From Myxococcota bacterium (GTDB lineage Bacteria > Myxococcota > UBA4151), in assembly GCA_036338695.1 (NCBI GenBank), contig JAYZBQ010000048.1, positions 320,001-384,000 of the forward strand: a stretch of DNA of 64,000 nucleotides. Reading direction: 5' to 3'. A program made the translations under genes and the position numbers. The notes under the pieces were generated by a model. It was given only the letters and a program-made list of their open reading frames with translations, ran no database searches and was not told the origin of the DNA. Of the stretch, positions 8,738 to 17,868 are shown in pieces (position 1 is the first letter of the stretch; every line of letters starts with the position of its first letter).

Positions 8738-10290
8738 GGGAGCGCCAGCCGGATCGTGTAGTTGGTCAGCGCCGTGCCGTCGGGCATGCGGACCTGATTG
8801 CTGGTGTTGACCAGTTCGGGATTGTCAAACATCAGCTTGATCCGCACCGAGATCCCCATGTTCGGGTTGAACGAGGCGGCGCCCGGCAGCCGAAGGCGAA
8901 TCTTCGTGGTGTAGCCGCTGAATCCGATCCCCATACCCGGGTTCGGCTCGACAAACGTCGCCGACGGGAACGAAGGCACCTCGTTGACGGTGTAGTCGAG
9001 CTCACCAAAGACCGAGTTCTCGAGGTCGAGCTCAGCGACGAACGCAAACTGCGCCAGCGCGCTGCTTAGCCCCGAGGTGCCGTTGCTGCGCCGCAACCCA
9101 ATCGGCAAGTCAGCGCTCAAGAACAGGTCATCGCCGCCGTTGATCTCACCGTCCTGATTGCGATCATCCCACTCGACGGCGTAGTCCTCATCGCCAAAAG
9201 GCGCCGTGGCGTCCCCTGCGGTCAGGATGTTGGCGGTGCCCGCCCAGGTCTCGGCGCCATTGAGCGCCGTCGCTGAGATGTAGAGATTGTACTCGGTCGA
9301 TGGGGACAAGCTACCCAGCGCCGGCGTCAGCGAGATCATGCGCCCACCCGCTGAGAACTCCGCAGCGAGCTCCACCTCCGCCTCGCCCGTCTCATTGAAG
9401 AGCTTGGTCTGCAGAGTGCCCGGATCGACAGCGCGATCAAACAAAATGCGCATCGGCGTCGCCACGTTCATCGGGGTGACGCTCTGTCGGCGCTGGACTA
9501 AATCGTGGACGTTCGAGTGCACCCGCCGCAGGCTGTTGCCGCTCTCCATCGTATGCAGCAGCTGGTCCGCATGGCGCACGAAGAGCGGGAGACGCCCTTG
9601 GGTTGCGATGTCGGCGAAGCTGCGCGTCAGCGTGACACCCGCGCCCGAGTCGTCGGCGTGCGCGTGAAAGCTCGCGCTCCCGCCACGCGCCGCGATCACC
9701 GCACCGAGCGCTGCCAGATTCGGCGCCCCCTCAAAGCGCAGCGTCCCATCGTCCTCGCTCGTAGCCTGAAGCGCCAACTCGCCGCGGTAGGAACCGTTGA
9801 CGACGAAGCTGTAAGGCGCCGTGAAACTCATCAACACGCCGCCCTTACCCTGCAGATCCGAGCCAAACATCTTGGTCGTCAGCGGCGCCGCGCGCATCAA
9901 CCCGATGCGCCCCATCGTGGCGTGGTTGTTCGCCGAGGGGAAATCACCAGACTGCGACGGGATCCCGACCGTTCCGTTCGCCGACAAGTAGCCCTCTGCG
10001 GCGACCGCAAAGAGCGCGGTGCCGCCGGCGGCGATACGCGAGAAATTGACGTAGCCGTCGACGCCCGTCGTTTCGCTGTGCTCAGACGATGCGAACAGGC
10101 TGACCGACGCGCCCTCGATCGCCTGACCGGTGGCGACATCATACACATACCCGCTGACCGAAGCGACCGGGTGAACCGGCGCGATCTGCGTCACCGAACC
10201 GGGAGCGTCAGCCTGACCATCACCGTTCAGGTCAGGCGGCTCCTCACCGCACGCTGACAACGCAAAAGCTAACCACATCCATCGTTTCAT
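8734..10290 (-). CDS. Lipoprotein with carboxypeptidase-regulatory-like and Ig-like (Big_5-type) domains
   Basis: AGGAG RBS; MKRWMWLAFALSAC lipobox; SVSGYVYDVATGQAIEGASV; RILFDRAVDPGT...LSPSTEY. Confidence 0.75.
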   Translation of the reverse strand: MKRWMWLAFALSACGEEPPDLNGDGQADAPGSVTQIAPVHPVASVSGYVYDVATGQAIEGASVSLFASSEHSETTGVDGYVNFSRIAAGGTALFAVAAEGYLSANGTVGIPSQSGDFPSANNHATMGRIGLMRAAPLTTKMFGSDLQGKGGVLMSFTAPYSFVVNGSYRGELALQATSEDDGTLRFEGAPNLAALGAVIAARGGSASFHAHADDSGAGVTLTRSFADIATQGRLPLFVRHADQLLHTMESGNSLRRVHSNVHDLVQRRQSVTPMNVATPMRILFDRAVDPGTLQTKLFNETGEAEVELAAEFSAGGRMISLTPALGSLSPSTEYNLYISATALNGAETWAGTANILTAGDATAPFGDEDYAVEWDDRNQDGEINGGDDLFLSADLPIGLRRSNGTSGLSSALAQFAFVAELDLENSVFGELDYTVNEVPSFPSATFVEPNPGMGIGFSGYTTKIRLRLPGAASFNPNMGISVRIKLMFDNPELVNTSNQVRMPDGTALTNYTIRLALP

Positions 10291-10461
10291 GATCACTCCT
10301 TGACGGCTCTGCCTAAGCGCCCATGCCAACCGCCGTCAACGCCTCGCGTGCGTGCCCGGCACGTGAGCGCGCATCAGCGTATTGACCGATGGCCGTTGCG
10401 CATCGCCGATCGGGAGAGTAACAGTGGGCGGCAAGTGGCAAAAATTTTACACGGAGTACCC

Positions 10462-13400
10462 ATGAACATCAGCCGTTTTGTTCTCGGTTTTGCGGCGATC
10501 AGCCTGGCGACAGCCTGCGCCCAAGACATTACGGATATCGACCGCACCTACCCCAACAAGGTTCACAAATCGATGTTCAATGGCACGTGGTATTTCCGCG
10601 GCACCGTGACCGAGGTCGCGCCGGACATGGCAGGCTTGTTTGAAGGGATCGCCACTGGGATGTCGAAGATTCGGTGGGAGATCACCGAGTCGGAGCTGCG
10701 CGGCTGGTCGACCAACGAGACCGTGATCGGCATGGACCAAGAGATCGATGACTGCCGTCGCGTCACCACGGTGCAAGCGGACGGTCGTATCAACATCGAA
10801 GAGAGCTTCGATGATGAGTGCATGCGGCGCTCGGCGCTCGAGGGGCCACAGCTCAACAAAGACGGCTACCGTACTCGCTGGGGCCGGTTGCCCGACGAAT
10901 ACAAAGGCTCGATGATCATCAGCTTCCCGATCACCGGCCACTTTGACATCATCCGCAGCTACAACAGCCAAACCGGTGAGCAATCGAACGTGCTGACCGA
11001 GAACATGACCGATCGGGACTGGTGGCAGCGTGACTACATGCGCGTCGCCTGGGGCAGCCCTTCGGTTCAGTTCATCAACGGTGAGCTCGCCAACACCTAC
11101 GGCGACGACTCGGAGTCTGCCAACTCGGACCACAAGATCCGCTTCCTGAGTCAAGCCGGCGAAGCGATCGCCAACGGGCTGGCGGCTGAAGGTCAGGAGG
11201 TTAGCTACTTTGACTTCACGACCCGCCAGGCGGCGACTATGTACGCTCGCACGACCAGCGGCGCGAGCTACCCTTACTGCTACTTCAGCTACACGGCGTC
11301 ATGCGACGCCGCCAAGGTCGCCATGCGCTACTCGTTCCTGAAGACGGAGCCCGTTCGTGACTTTGCTCCGGTCCTTTACGACGACAACAAGATGGGCCGG
11401 TTCGGCTACTTCCGTGTCGAGCGCTACAGCCACCAGCGACGACGCGGGTTGACCGAGACCGGCCGCGTCCGCATGGCGGCGATCCACAACATCTGGAAGC
11501 AGACCTATGAACGTGACGCCAACGGCGGCTTCAAGCTCGAAGCCGTCACCAACGACCAAGATGAGACGATCGCCTACCGGCGCGTTGAGATCCCGGTCGA
11601 AGACCGCGAGCCGAAACCGCTCGCGTATCACCTCTCCCCGTACTTCCCGGAAGCGATCAAAGAGTACGCCTACCGCGTCGGTGATTCCTGGAATGGCGCC
11701 TATCGCCGCACCGTAGCCGCTGCGCTCGGCTACCAATCCGCTCGGGAGGCCGACGACGCAGGCGCTGGCATCCCCGATATGTTCGTCGTCTGTGACAACC
11801 CAGTACCCGCCGAAGTGCCTGATCGCTACCGCGGCGCTGACACCAACTACCACGAGATCTGTGGCGCACCGGGGACCCGGGCGATGCCTGGCGACCTCCG
11901 CTACAACACCATGTACTGGGTGCATGACCGAAACGACGGCCCGCTCGGCTATGGCCCGTCCTACCAAGACCCTGAGACCGGCGAGACCATCAGCGGCACC
12001 GCCTGGGTTTACGGCGCAGCGGTCGACAGCTACGCGCAGTCGGCGCTCGATCTGATCAACGCCATCAACGGCAACCTCACCATCGATGACATCCGCAGCG
12101 GCGCCTATGTTCAAGACATGGTGCGCAACATGCGCCACGTCACCGACCCCCACAACCGCACGCTCGCTGAGTTCGACGAGAGCTTGATCGATCCGGAGGG
12201 TCCGATCGGGCCCAAAGGGCGCGAGATCATGGAGCGGATCGACCGCATCTCAGCCAATCCGGCTGCCGAGCTCAACGACGACATCACGCAGCAGCGGCAC
12301 CGCCGCTTCAAGCGCTTCTTACGTGAGCACCCGATGGCAGATGAGCTGGTCAATGGTGAGATGCTCGCTGCCGCCGCAGGCGCAGACCTGACGCCCGGTG
12401 GCGCCGTGACCGACTCCATGCGCACCAAGGCGATGGATCTGCTGACGGGGAACATGGACGCCGTCAATGAGCGGGCGCACATCAACGCCGTGGCTTCGGA
12501 ATTGACCATCTGGACCCGTGACAACTTCGAAGACGCCTCGTTGATCGGGCTCGCAAAGGAGATGGCGGCGCGCTACGCAGACCGTCCGGACGCCCAAGAC
12601 GAGATGTACCAAGAGCTGCGCGGGCGCATCTTCCAAGGGGTGATGGAGCACGAGGTGGGTCACACCATCGGTCTGCGTCACAACTTCTCAGGCTCCTATG
12701 ACGCCATGAACTTCCACGACGACTTCTGGCGCGTGCGCAAGGAAGGGCTCAAGGATGCGTGGACCAACATCCACAACGCCAACGGGCTAACGCTCAACCA
12801 GCTGCTTCAGGTGCGCAACATCAGCCAGAATGAGGCGGAAGGCGTCGGCGCCGAAGACGGTCAGCGAGGCGGCATCACCGAGTACCAGTACAGCTCGATT
12901 ATGGACTATGGCGCAGCCTTCAACTCGGACGTCCACGGCATCGGTAAGTACGACGAAGCCGCCATCCTCTTTGGCTACGCCGGCAAGGTCGAGGTCTTCA
13001 AGAACCTCAGCCGGAACAACCAGTACTTGCTCAAGGGCTCGGCGGAGACCATCCTCAGCTCGCACCCTTGGTCCCTCGGCCTGACGAGCTACTCCTGTCT
13101 TCCTAGCTTTGAAGACCGCATCAGCCCCGCAGAAGATGCGCTGACTGAAAAGATTCACTACAGCTGGCTCCCGCTGATCTTCTCGGAGTCCCCCGCACCC
13201 TCAGGCGGTAACGCCGCCGCCGCAGTGGACGCAGCGGTCGAGGCAGGCATCGCCAACTTCGGGCCTGCCAACCGTGAGTTGATCGACTTTAGCGACATCG
13301 AAGACGACCTCGCCGAGGAGCGACTGCACCGCTTCAACAACCGCCGCGACTGCGGTCAAGAAGCCGCGACGCTCAACGAAGACCGACGCGTTATGGTGCC

Positions 13401-14895
13401 CTACATGTTCTGCTCAGATGAGTGGGTCGGTAGCGTCGCCAACTGCAACCGCTGGGACGAAGGGGCCGACCCGGCCGCTATCCTCGAGCGGACCATGAAC
13501 CAATGGGAAGACTACTACTGGTTCAACAACTACAAGCGAGACCGCGTGAGCTTCAACACGACCGCATCGGCGAACCGTGCCTTGTCACGGACCTACCCGA
13601 TGATGCTGTTGATGTACCAGCAGTGGCTCTTTAGCCGCTATCAGACCGACCTCTTGATCACCTACCCGTGGCAGGTCGGCGTGCTCAACTCGGTCAACAT
13701 GTTCGGTAACATCCTGACCAAGCCGCGCTACGGCACCTACTACGTCAGCAACAACGGCGAAGACGCCTACCTCTTCGACGTCGACCCGCTCGAGATCGGC
13801 AGCACGCTCGGTCAGGTCAACAACCTGCCCGTCACCGCGGACTTCCAGATCCCACGTGGCGTTGGCCGGCGCGCCTTCTCGAACTACGACTACGACGGCG
13901 GCTACTACTACTACGAGCGCCCGCTCGAAGCCGGTCACTTCTGGGACTTCTACGCGGCGCTTTTGAGCCAAGGAAACGCCACGGCGGCGCTGCTCGGGAC
14001 CGAATCGGCCGCCGATCAACGGCGCTTCTACCTTCCCTTCCACCTCGTCTTCCCCGAGCCGCTCGATAACCTGTACAGCGGCATCATCACCAACCGCCAA
14101 AATGACTACGCGCCGAAGTTGTTCCGGCGCGACCTCGGCGGTGACGCCGCGGCTTGTGCCTCGGCAGCGGCGCGCGTCAACGGCTACGGCTCGAACGGGA
14201 AGGATGACGTGTGCTACCTGGTGGTCAGCAAGCCGATCTATGACTGGCAAGGCATCACGATGGGCGCGCAGATCGACGGGGAGCGAAACCCAGCCGCTCC
14301 GTTTGCTACGGCGAACGAAGACGGTGAAGACTGGGAAGATGGTGTGACCGTTCGGATCCACAACAACTACACCAACAAGCTCTACACGACCATCTTTGGG
14401 GCGCAGTTCTTCACCTCGACTTGGGAGCGTGACTTCATCGAGAGCATGCGCGTCTGGCGCGTCGGCTCGGCTGAAGACCACAGCATCGCAGACGGTCACC
14501 AGCAGGTTCAGTTCGCCGACCCGCGCAGCGGCTTTGTCTACGCCTCGAGCACGGACAAAGAGCGCCCCTGCGCCGTCACCGACGAAGAGCGCGATAACGC
14601 GCTGGCGACGCGCACGATCTGCGACGGCCAGGTCGCCTCGGCGGACTGGATCGAAGCCAACGAAGCCCTCCTCGACGCTGAGGAAGAGATCGAAAGACGA
14701 AATCTTGACTGTTCAGCGGACGATGTTCCCGATAACTGCACCGAGGACCGAGCGGTTGATGGGCTCGACTTGGCAGACCAATGCGTTCGCCAGCTCTGCG
14801 CTCAAGACGCCAAGCGCTCGGCCGACAATCGACTGGATGACACGGTGAGCTGGTCCTTACGCTTCCGCGACATCTATCGGGTACTCGTCGACTAA
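10462..14895 (+). CDS. Very large lipoprotein zinc metalloprotease (EcxA/DUF4953-like metzincin)
   Basis: GGAG RBS before ATG 10462; lipobox ATAC; DLRYN, GPLGYGPSYQDPETGETISG, HEVGHTIGLRHNF, SSIMDY Met-turn, YMFCSDE. Confidence 0.85.
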   Translation: MNISRFVLGFAAISLATACAQDITDIDRTYPNKVHKSMFNGTWYFRGTVTEVAPDMAGLFEGIATGMSKIRWEITESELRGWSTNETVIGMDQEIDDCRRVTTVQADGRINIEESFDDECMRRSALEGPQLNKDGYRTRWGRLPDEYKGSMIISFPITGHFDIIRSYNSQTGEQSNVLTENMTDRDWWQRDYMRVAWGSPSVQFINGELANTYGDDSESANSDHKIRFLSQAGEAIANGLAAEGQEVSYFDFTTRQAATMYARTTSGASYPYCYFSYTASCDAAKVAMRYSFLKTEPVRDFAPVLYDDNKMGRFGYFRVERYSHQRRRGLTETGRVRMAAIHNIWKQTYERDANGGFKLEAVTNDQDETIAYRRVEIPVEDREPKPLAYHLSPYFPEAIKEYAYRVGDSWNGAYRRTVAAALGYQSAREADDAGAGIPDMFVVCDNPVPAEVPDRYRGADTNYHEICGAPGTRAMPGDLRYNTMYWVHDRNDGPLGYGPSYQDPETGETISGTAWVYGAAVDSYAQSALDLINAINGNLTIDDIRSGAYVQDMVRNMRHVTDPHNRTLAEFDESLIDPEGPIGPKGREIMERIDRISANPAAELNDDITQQRHRRFKRFLREHPMADELVNGEMLAAAAGADLTPGGAVTDSMRTKAMDLLTGNMDAVNERAHINAVASELTIWTRDNFEDASLIGLAKEMAARYADRPDAQDEMYQELRGRIFQGVMEHEVGHTIGLRHNFSGSYDAMNFHDDFWRVRKEGLKDAWTNIHNANGLTLNQLLQVRNISQNEAEGVGAEDGQRGGITEYQYSSIMDYGAAFNSDVHGIGKYDEAAILFGYAGKVEVFKNLSRNNQYLLKGSAETILSSHPWSLGLTSYSCLPSFEDRISPAEDALTEKIHYSWLPLIFSESPAPSGGNAAAAVDAAVEAGIANFGPANRELIDFSDIEDDLAEERLHRFNNRRDCGQEAATLNEDRRVMVPYMFCSDEWVGSVANCNRWDEGADPAAILERTMNQWEDYYWFNNYKRDRVSFNTTASANRALSRTYPMMLLMYQQWLFSRYQTDLLITYPWQVGVLNSVNMFGNILTKPRYGTYYVSNNGEDAYLFDVDPLEIGSTLGQVNNLPVTADFQIPRGVGRRAFSNYDYDGGYYYYERPLEAGHFWDFYAALLSQGNATAALLGTESAADQRRFYLPFHLVFPEPLDNLYSGIITNRQNDYAPKLFRRDLGGDAAACASAAARVNGYGSNGKDDVCYLVVSKPIYDWQGITMGAQIDGERNPAAPFATANEDGEDWEDGVTVRIHNNYTNKLYTTIFGAQFFTSTWERDFIESMRVWRVGSAEDHSIADGHQQVQFADPRSGFVYASSTDKERPCAVTDEERDNALATRTICDGQVASADWIEANEALLDAEEEIERRNLDCSADDVPDNCTEDRAVDGLDLADQCVRQLCAQDAKRSADNRLDDTVSWSLRFRDIYRVLVD

Positions 14896-14904
14896 GGGGT
14901 CTGT

Positions 14905-15975
14905 ATGTTGCGGTTGCTTTCAGTATCAGTTCTGCTCGTTGGTGCCGCAGCGCAAGCGTCGGACAACCCGGCGATCACCACGCAGCCCAAGGGGGCCTTC
15001 CCCTTCTCGGGCTCGGTCAGCTGGGGGCACTCACTGGGTCAAGGTAGCTTCGTTCAGAACTACTACGCCCGTGACGCACGCTACGTCCAAAGCCTCGGGC
15101 TGTCGGGTAGCTGGCGGCTCCCCTGGAAGGGCTACAGCGTCTCTGCGAGCCAGAGCTGGAGCATGGAGCTCACGCAAGGCGGCTCGATGCGCAACCATGA
15201 GCTCAACTACGGAGACATCGGCTTGCGCTTCGGCCTGCCCTTCGGCTTCAAGGCGCTGGGTTTCTCCGTCGGCACGAGCCTAAGCGCGGGTATCCCGGTC
15301 TCCAAGGTGAGCCGGTTCTTGGGCAAGGTCACCGGCGTGAGCGCCGGCTTGTCGGCGAGCCGCAAGCTCGGCGAAAAACTCAGCCTCAGCCTGGGTTCGA
15401 GCGTCTCGAGCAGCCTGTACACCGAGCGCGCACGCACGGTATCCGTCTCTGAGGGGCGCAGCTTCGTGGACCGCAACGGGAACACCTTGACCCCGAACAA
15501 CCAGATCTGCCGCGCCGATGAGCTCATCACGAGCGGAGCCGGTGAGGTCACGGGCTGCCGCGTGGCGGGTGTCAACGGCGGGTTTAACCTGACCACCTCA
15601 GCGGCGCTGTCGTACAAGGCTTCGAAGAAGCTCTCAGCCACCGCCTCGCTGGCGCTGATCAACTCCTTCAAGGATTACAGCCTACCGATCGATGAGTTCT
15701 CCTCGACCTATGCCCAAGGCGGCATCGGGCGCTCGGACCTGACCTCGGGAAGCCTCAGCGTCGGCTACAGCTACTCAAAGAAGCTCCGCCTCGGCCTGTC
15801 GATGGCGAGCACCCAGCCGGCGCTGTTTTGGAGCAGCAACGACACGGTCGATGAGAACGGCAACGTCACGCAGTCGGCTGAAGGGTCGTGGATGCCGAAC
15901 TTCCCTTGGTGGGACTTCCGGACGCCAGGCAACAACTACAGCTCCTTCTCAGGGAGCGTCAGCTACTCCTTTTAG
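14905..15975 (+). CDS. Outer-membrane beta-barrel protein of unknown function
   Basis: Signal peptide; alternating S/G-hydrophobic strands; C-terminal SVSYSF beta-signal. Confidence 0.75.
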   Translation: MLRLLSVSVLLVGAAAQASDNPAITTQPKGAFPFSGSVSWGHSLGQGSFVQNYYARDARYVQSLGLSGSWRLPWKGYSVSASQSWSMELTQGGSMRNHELNYGDIGLRFGLPFGFKALGFSVGTSLSAGIPVSKVSRFLGKVTGVSAGLSASRKLGEKLSLSLGSSVSSSLYTERARTVSVSEGRSFVDRNGNTLTPNNQICRADELITSGAGEVTGCRVAGVNGGFNLTTSAALSYKASKKLSATASLALINSFKDYSLPIDEFSSTYAQGGIGRSDLTSGSLSVGYSYSKKLRLGLSMASTQPALFWSSNDTVDENGNVTQSAEGSWMPNFPWWDFRTPGNNYSSFSGSVSYSF

Positions 15976-16023
15976 AGTCTGCGCAGTTGCGCGAGTCTTA
16001 AGGGAAAAAACACGCTACGGTGG

Positions 16024-16056
16024 AAGGGCGAGGGTCTCCTCGCCCTTTCTCTTTCT
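16024..16056 (+). terminator. Intrinsic terminator after the protease-barrel pair
   Basis: AAGGGCGAGG-gtct-CCTCGCCCTT perfect 10-bp stem followed by a T-rich tract. Confidence 0.75.
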
Positions 16057-16073
16057 TGAACGAGGCGCAGCAC

Positions 16074-17864
16074 GTGGACGCACAGATCATCGTCATCGGT
16101 GGAGGTCACGCCGGCTGTGAGGCTGCGCTCGCGGCGGCGCGCTCGGGCGCCCGAACCGTGCTGGTGACCTTGCGGGCCTCGGGGATCGGTGAGTTGAGCT
16201 GCAACCCGGCGATGGGCGGCCTCGCAAAGGGACACCTGATCCGAGAGCTCGACGCCCTCGGCGGCGAGATCGGCCGTATGACGGACCGTACGACCCTCTT
16301 TCGCCACACCCTTAACCGCAGCCGAGGTCCCGCCGTGCGCGGCACGCGCGCCCAGGTGGACCGGCCGCTGTACCGCACCCTGATGCAAGAGGTGGTCCTC
16401 AACCAAGACCGTCTCGAGGTGATCGAGGGGCGCGTCTGCGGCTTTCTGACCGACAACGGTCGCTGCGTCGGCGTCGAACTCGCAGACGGTCAGCGGCTCA
16501 CGAGCGAAGCCGTCATCCTCACCACCGGCACCTTCCTCGGCGCCATCTGTCACCGAGGTGACGTCGAAACACCGGGGGGACGCCACGGCGAGACCGAGGT
16601 GGATGACGGCTCGATCTCCGCGCAGCTCCGGCAGCTCGGACTCCGCTTGCAGCGACTCAAGACGGGGACCTGTCCTCGAATCCATCGCGACAGCATCGAC
16701 TACAGCCAGCTCGACCCGCAATACAGCGAGAGCGACACGCCGCCGTTCTCGGACGCAGGCGTGCAAGGCCCGAGCGAGACCATTAACTGCTGGGGCGTGC
16801 GCACCAACCCCAAGCTGCACGACGTCGTCCGAGACAACCTGCACCGAGCGCCCATGTATTCGGGAAGCATCGAGGCTGAAGGGCCGCGTTACTGCCCAAG
16901 CTTTGAGGACAAAATCGCTCGCTTCGGTCAGCGCGACAGCCACCAGCTGTGGCTCGAGCCAGAGGGTCTCGAGAGCCCTCAGATGTACCTCGGCGGTCTC
17001 AGCACCAGCCTGCCGCAGAATGTTCAAGCCGAGATGCTCAAGCGACTGCCCGGCTTTGAGCGGGCAGAGGTTCTGGTCTGGGGCTACGCCGTCGCCTACG
17101 ACGCAGTCGATCCCATCCAGCTTGATCGTCACCTCATGGTGCGGCAGCTCCCCGGGCTCTACTTGGCGGGACAGATCAACGGCACCTCGGGTTACGAAGA
17201 GGCGGCGGCGCAGGGTTTTTGGGCGGCGCTGAACGCGTGGCGCCGCATGAACGATGAGCCTGAGTTCGTCCTCGCACGCGACCAAGCTTATATGGGAGTC
17301 CTGATCGACGACCTGACCACACGCGGGTGCCGAGAGCCCTATCGCATGCTCACCAGCCGCGCCGAATATCGGCTCGAGCTGCGAGAGAGCAACGCCTGGC
17401 TGCGCTTACTTGAGCCGGCGGCAGAGCTGGGCTTGGTCAGCGACCAGCGCCTCGAGGCGCGCCGCCTGCGAGCCCAGCGCCTTGAGCAGGCGCGCGACCG
17501 CTTAAAAAGCCATCGGCACCAAGGCGTCTCAGCCTGGGACCGTCTCCTGCGCCCTCAAGAAGACGCCGACGCCTTGCTGGATGAGCTCGATATCGGGCTT
17601 GCAGGCAGCGACCGCGGCGAGCTGATCGCGTCCGGTCGCTACGCCGGCTACATCGCCCGTGAGCGCAGGCGGTTGGCGGCGCAGCGCGACCTCGACCGGG
17701 TGCGCATACCTCAAAACTTTGACTACAGCGGCCGGCCGAGCCTCTCCAATGAGGCGATCGAGCGACTCCAAGCCGTGCGCCCCGAGACCCTGGGGCAAGC
17801 GGCGCGTATCTCGGGCGTGACGCCAGCGGCGGTGCAGGTCATCGCGCTCAGTCTGCGGAGCTGA
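16074..17864 (+). CDS. mnmG: tRNA uridine-5-carboxymethylaminomethyl(34) synthesis enzyme MnmG
   Basis: IIVIGGGHAGCEAA, SCNPAMGG, RLKTGTCPR, GPRYCPSFEDK, AGQINGTSGYEEAAAQG, EPYRMLTSRAEYRL; GTG start. Confidence 0.97.
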   Translation: MDAQIIVIGGGHAGCEAALAAARSGARTVLVTLRASGIGELSCNPAMGGLAKGHLIRELDALGGEIGRMTDRTTLFRHTLNRSRGPAVRGTRAQVDRPLYRTLMQEVVLNQDRLEVIEGRVCGFLTDNGRCVGVELADGQRLTSEAVILTTGTFLGAICHRGDVETPGGRHGETEVDDGSISAQLRQLGLRLQRLKTGTCPRIHRDSIDYSQLDPQYSESDTPPFSDAGVQGPSETINCWGVRTNPKLHDVVRDNLHRAPMYSGSIEAEGPRYCPSFEDKIARFGQRDSHQLWLEPEGLESPQMYLGGLSTSLPQNVQAEMLKRLPGFERAEVLVWGYAVAYDAVDPIQLDRHLMVRQLPGLYLAGQINGTSGYEEAAAQGFWAALNAWRRMNDEPEFVLARDQAYMGVLIDDLTTRGCREPYRMLTSRAEYRLELRESNAWLRLLEPAAELGLVSDQRLEARRLRAQRLEQARDRLKSHRHQGVSAWDRLLRPQEDADALLDELDIGLAGSDRGELIASGRYAGYIARERRRLAAQRDLDRVRIPQNFDYSGRPSLSNEAIERLQAVRPETLGQAARISGVTPAAVQVIALSLRS

Positions 17865-17868
17865 GTCG

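Noticed and set aside
10436..10450. Sigma-54-like TGGCA...TTAC upstream of the giant protease
   Set aside because: Lacks the invariant -12 GC and is too close to the start codon
11299..17285. Long antisense ORFs (e.g. 11299-12153, 13585-14499, 15972-17285) and similar ones elsewhere
   Set aside because: Shadow ORFs typical of high-GC coding DNA, opposite well-supported genes and without motifs
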